Source: an uncultured Sediminispirochaeta sp.
Lineage (GTDB): Bacteria > Spirochaetota > Spirochaetia > DSM-16054 > Sediminispirochaetaceae
Direction of reading: 5' to 3'
DNA: 64,000 nucleotides
NCBI GenBank assembly: GCA_964603735.1
Contig: CAZRWN010000003.1
Span: forward strand, 22,745 to 86,744
This document shows, piece after piece, positions 60,795 to 64,000 of the stretch (position 1 is the first letter of the stretch; every line of letters starts with the position of its first letter). A program made the position numbers and the translations under genes. The notes under the pieces are model-generated. The model did not search any database, was not told the origin of the DNA, and saw nothing but the letters and a program-made list of their open reading frames with translations.

Positions 60795-61799
60795 CTAATT
60801 TGAAAGGTAAAAGCCGTCATCCGGCAGCTGTCCCCCGACCGAGTCGGGATTGAAATCCAGCAAGACCTCCAAATAGTCCTCCATCACCGTACGGGCTGCG
60901 GCCGAATGGATGAACCGCAGGTTGCAGTTCGGAATGGACGGTTTCGCCTGGGCGGCCGGCATCACTTCGTATTTCCCGATCAGCTCGGCCGCTTCGGCCG
61001 GATTACCGTTTACCCATTCGATCGAGTCGGCATAGGCCTCCAGAAAGCGCTCGACCAGTTCCGGCCGCGCTTCGACCAGCTGCGGTCTCACGACCACCAC
61101 CGTAATCGGGTAAGTGGACTCGCTGCCGCGCACTTCCTGCCAGGTGCTCTGAAAATTGAGTACTTTGCGCACCTGTTCGGTTTTGGCGCTCACCATGGTT
61201 ACAAAGGGCTCGGGAAGCACTGCAGTGTCGATTTTGCCCGCTATCAGCAACTGCGCCAGTTGCGGACCGCTGCTGACGGAAAAATTGAGATTCACATCCT
61301 CATCCGGATCGAGGCCGTGCTGTGTGAGCAGGTAGCGAAACAGGTAGTCCGGAGTGGCGCCCTTGCCGATCGAATGGATCTCTTTGCCCTGCAGGTCTTC
61401 CCAGTCCTCCACGGCCGGGTCGCGGCTAAGTACATGCAGTACGCCCATACCAACCACGCCGCCTAACTTGTAGCCCGGCCCGGCAGTATACATTTTGGCC
61501 GCCATATTGGCCGGCAGAACCGCAAAATCGACTTCCCCGCCGGCTACTCTGGCAATCATCTCCTTGGGAGAAGGCAACACCTTGAACTCCGAATCGGCAT
61601 TCGGCCCTAAATCGGGTTTATCCTCGAACAGTTTGATCATCCCAAAACCGGAAGGGCCCTTCAGAGAAGCGGCCTGTACGGTGATCGGTTCCACCGTCTC
61701 GGTTTCTTCTACTTCCTGCATACCGCGCGCTGCCAAGTGCAGTACCGCACCCGTGAACAGCAGCGCTGCAATCAGGACGACAGTGACACAACGTCGCAT
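60795..61799 (-). CDS. ABC transporter substrate-binding protein (NMT1/THI5 / SsuA-like)
   Basis: 334 aa with a signal peptide. GGEVDFAVLPANMAAKMY and IAGKIDTAVLPEPF are typical of this family. SD AGGAGG lies right after the tyrS stop codon. Confidence 0.78.
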   Translation of the reverse strand: MRRCVTVVLIAALLFTGAVLHLAARGMQEVEETETVEPITVQAASLKGPSGFGMIKLFEDKPDLGPNADSEFKVLPSPKEMIARVAGGEVDFAVLPANMAAKMYTAGPGYKLGGVVGMGVLHVLSRDPAVEDWEDLQGKEIHSIGKGATPDYLFRYLLTQHGLDPDEDVNLNFSVSSGPQLAQLLIAGKIDTAVLPEPFVTMVSAKTEQVRKVLNFQSTWQEVRGSESTYPITVVVVRPQLVEARPELVERFLEAYADSIEWVNGNPAEAAELIGKYEVMPAAQAKPSIPNCNLRFIHSAAARTVMEDYLEVLLDFNPDSVGGQLPDDGFYLSN

Positions 61800-61809
61800 A
61801 CGTCCTCCT

Positions 61810-63042
61810 TTAAGTTAAAGTTATTCTAAAATATCTCTTCTTGCCTGCCCGTAACAACAGCTCCTTGTCGACCAGTTCGGAGGAGTCGATGGTCTCTTCG
61901 ATATCCTCCACCTGGCGGTCGTTGATGCGGGCACCGCCCTGGCTCACCAGCCGGCGGGCCTCGCTCTTCGAGGCGCACAGATTAGTACGGGCAAACAGAT
62001 CCAGCACATTGATTCCGGCATCCAGTTCGGAGGCGTCTACCCCCAGAGCCGGGATGGCGTCGCGGTCAGCGGAACCTCCGGAAGAGAAAGCGGCCTTAGA
62101 GGCTTCCAGCGCCTTGTTGGCCTCCTCCTCGCCGTGAATAATCTTGGTCTGTTCCCAGGCCAAACGCTGCTTGGCTCTATTGATCTCACGGTCCTTCAGC
62201 TTAGCCAGCTCCGCGATCTCTTCCATCGGCAGAAATGTGAACATCTTCAGAAAACGGACGACATCGGCGTCATTCACATTTCTCCAGTACTGGAAAAACT
62301 CGTAAGGGGAGCATAGCTCGGGATCCAGGAAGATAGCCCCCCGCTCGGATTTTCCCATCTTCTTGCCGTCGGCCCGGGTTATAAGCGGAAAAGTGAGACC
62401 GAAGGCCTCGTTGCCGTCCATCCGGCGGATCAGTTCGACACCACTTACGATGTTGCCCCACTGATCGTCGCCGCCCACCTGCAGCTTACAGTCGTACTCC
62501 CGATTGAGCATGAGAAAGTCATACGACTGCAGGAGCATGTAATTGAACTCGATAAAGGAGAGCCCCCGCTCAAGGCGCTGCTTGTAGGCCTCGAAAGTCA
62601 GCATTCGGTTTACCGAAAAGTGCCGGCCGATGTCCCGCAGGAACTCGATGTAGTTGAGACCACCGAGCCAGTCGTAGTTGTTTACCACCAGGCCGCGGCC
62701 TTCGGAGAAGTCGAGCAGCTTCGAAGCACCCCATTTAATCGCCTTTTCGTTCTCCCGGATCTCTTCCAGACTAATGATCTTGCGCATCTCGGTTTTTCCG
62801 GAGGGGTCGCCGATCAGACCGGTTCCGCCGCCGACCACTAAGATCGGGCGGTGGCCGTGTTTCTGCAGGTGCGCCATGGCGTAGAAGGGCACCATATGTC
62901 CGATATGCAAGCTGCGGGCGGTCGGGTCCACTCCGACGTAAAAGCTGACGCGCTCGCTGCTCATAACCTCTTCTAAACGATCAATATCGGTACACTGCTG
63001 TAAAAAGCCCCGTTCCTGTATGTCTGCCAATCCTGATGCCAT
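61810..63042 (-). CDS. tyrS: Tyrosine--tRNA ligase
   Basis: It has HIGH-type (SLHIGHMVP) and KMSKS-type (KMGKS) motifs and a C-terminal S4-like domain. Confidence 0.95.
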   Translation of the reverse strand: MASGLADIQERGFLQQCTDIDRLEEVMSSERVSFYVGVDPTARSLHIGHMVPFYAMAHLQKHGHRPILVVGGGTGLIGDPSGKTEMRKIISLEEIRENEKAIKWGASKLLDFSEGRGLVVNNYDWLGGLNYIEFLRDIGRHFSVNRMLTFEAYKQRLERGLSFIEFNYMLLQSYDFLMLNREYDCKLQVGGDDQWGNIVSGVELIRRMDGNEAFGLTFPLITRADGKKMGKSERGAIFLDPELCSPYEFFQYWRNVNDADVVRFLKMFTFLPMEEIAELAKLKDREINRAKQRLAWEQTKIIHGEEEANKALEASKAAFSSGGSADRDAIPALGVDASELDAGINVLDLFARTNLCASKSEARRLVSQGGARINDRQVEDIEETIDSSELVDKELLLRAGKKRYFRITLT

Positions 63043-63044
63043 GC

Positions 63045-64000
63045 TTAGTCTCTCCTGTAGTTCTTTATTTCTTCGCGAATCTTTTGTGCTATCTCCGCCA
63101 CCGGAAGGCGTTCCTGTTCCATGGAGTCGCGATAGCGGATGGTAACGGTGTTGTCTTCCTTGGTGTCGTAATCCACAGTGATGCAGAAGGGGGTTCCGAT
63201 CTCATCCTGGCGGCGATAGCGGCGGCCGATGGCTCCGCTCTGATCATAGAAGGTGGAAAAATCTTCCCGCAGTTCTTGTTCTATGCGCTTGGCTAAATCG
63301 GCAATTCCGTCTTTCTTCACCAGCGGCAGAACCGCCACGGTTACCGGCGCCACCAGCGGATGGAAGTGCATGACCGTGCGGGTATCGCCGCCCTCCAGCT
63401 GCTGCTCCTCATAGGCATCGGAAAGCACCATCAATACCGAGCGGGTAAGTCCGGCCGAGGTCTCGATGACATAGGGAACGTAGCGTTCGCGGGTCTGATC
63501 GTCGAGGTAGGTCAGATCCTTCTTGGAATATTCGGCATGGCGTCCGAGGTCGAAATCGGTGCGGGAGTGGATTCCCTCAAGCTCCTGCCAGCCCATCGGA
63601 AAATAGAACTCGATATCGAAGGCATCTTTCGCGTAGTGCGCCAGCTCGTCCGGTCCGTGTTGATGAAAGCGCAGCTTGTCTTTGCGGATACCCAGCTTTT
63701 CGTAGTAGTTGATGCGCTCGTTTTTCCAGTACTCGAACCACTCCTGGTCGTCCCCCGGTTTCACGAAAAACTGCATCTCCATCTGTTCGAACTCCAGGGT
63801 CCGGAAAATAAAGTTCTTGGTGGTGATTTCGTTGCGAAAGGCCTTACCTACCTGGGCTATCCCGAAGGGCACTTTCACCCGGCTGGTCTGCACCACGTTC
63901 TTGAAGTTAACAAAAATACCCTGGGCAGTCTCCGGCCGCAGGTACACGATATTGTCTTCGCTGCGCACCGCTCCCATGTAAGTGGAAAACATCAGGTTGA
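63045..64000 (-). CDS. glyQS: Glycine--tRNA ligase (homodimeric class II type), C-terminal ~2/3; the N-terminus lies beyond the window end
   Basis: LRPETAQGIFVNFKNV, FRNEITTKNFIFRTLEFEQMEMQFF and the anticodon-binding C-terminus match GlyRS. The reading frame remains open at nt 64000. Confidence 0.9.
   Translation of the reverse strand, partial: NLMFSTYMGAVRSEDNIVYLRPETAQGIFVNFKNVVQTSRVKVPFGIAQVGKAFRNEITTKNFIFRTLEFEQMEMQFFVKPGDDQEWFEYWKNERINYYEKLGIRKDKLRFHQHGPDELAHYAKDAFDIEFYFPMGWQELEGIHSRTDFDLGRHAEYSKKDLTYLDDQTRERYVPYVIETSAGLTRSVLMVLSDAYEEQQLEGGDTRTVMHFHPLVAPVTVAVLPLVKKDGIADLAKRIEQELREDFSTFYDQSGAIGRRYRRQDEIGTPFCITVDYDTKEDNTVTIRYRDSMEQERLPVAEIAQKIREEIKNYRRD

Overview
This is a dense, moderately GC-rich chromosomal window with about 70 CDS on both strands and one tRNA-Phe. 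I found no rRNA, CRISPR array, prophage or intact IS. The taxon is an inference only: a FliG paralogue with an N-terminal extension, a ~600-aa AlaRS lacking the C-Ala domain, and PEGA/SPOR/RlpA envelope proteins suggest a free-living spirochaete.

Most genes are housekeeping:
- recQ, xseA/xseB, prfC, ligA, dnaE, recG, rsmD
- hisZ-hisG-hisB, rlmN, alaS, tyrS, glyQS

Accessory content:
- a GH3 plus sugar-ABC locus with an AraR-type (GntR-HTH plus LacI-like sensor) regulator
- a GPH-type MFS gene followed by a hydrolase gene
- a split chromate-transporter pair
- a MarR-controlled membrane-protein operon with twin perfect palindromic operators
- a degenerate-receiver PAS histidine kinase
- a Gly/Asp-rich lipoprotein with Gly-X-Y triplet blocks
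- a neighbourhood of RNA-binding proteins (2 x RRM, SUI1, NYN plus 2 x OST-HTH-like, ASCH)
- a NitT/TauT-type ABC importer packed directly behind glyQS-tyrS

The best candidate for something undescribed is a six-gene, fully overlapping operon at 34990-41619. It reads NusG paralogue, then a CapD/PglF-like dehydratase, then a DegT aminotransferase, then a xanthine-dehydrogenase-family large subunit, 2x[2Fe-2S] subunit and FAD subunit. The large subunit has SPAYGEK where I expect the family's GGGFGGK molybdenum-cofactor loop.

Two recurring themes:
- Four short gene remnants sit beside intact core genes: a PAP2 phosphatase, a pyridine-nucleotide-disulfide oxidoreductase, a nitrilase N-terminus and an IS-type zinc-ribbon N-terminus.
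- Several genes (alaS, the fliG paralogue, the MFS gene, chrA, the AraR-like regulator) have sigma70-like -35/-10 boxes ending only 6-8 nt before the start codon and no Shine-Dalgarno sequence, which implies leaderless mRNAs.

All family assignments come from reading motifs by eye. No database search was run.
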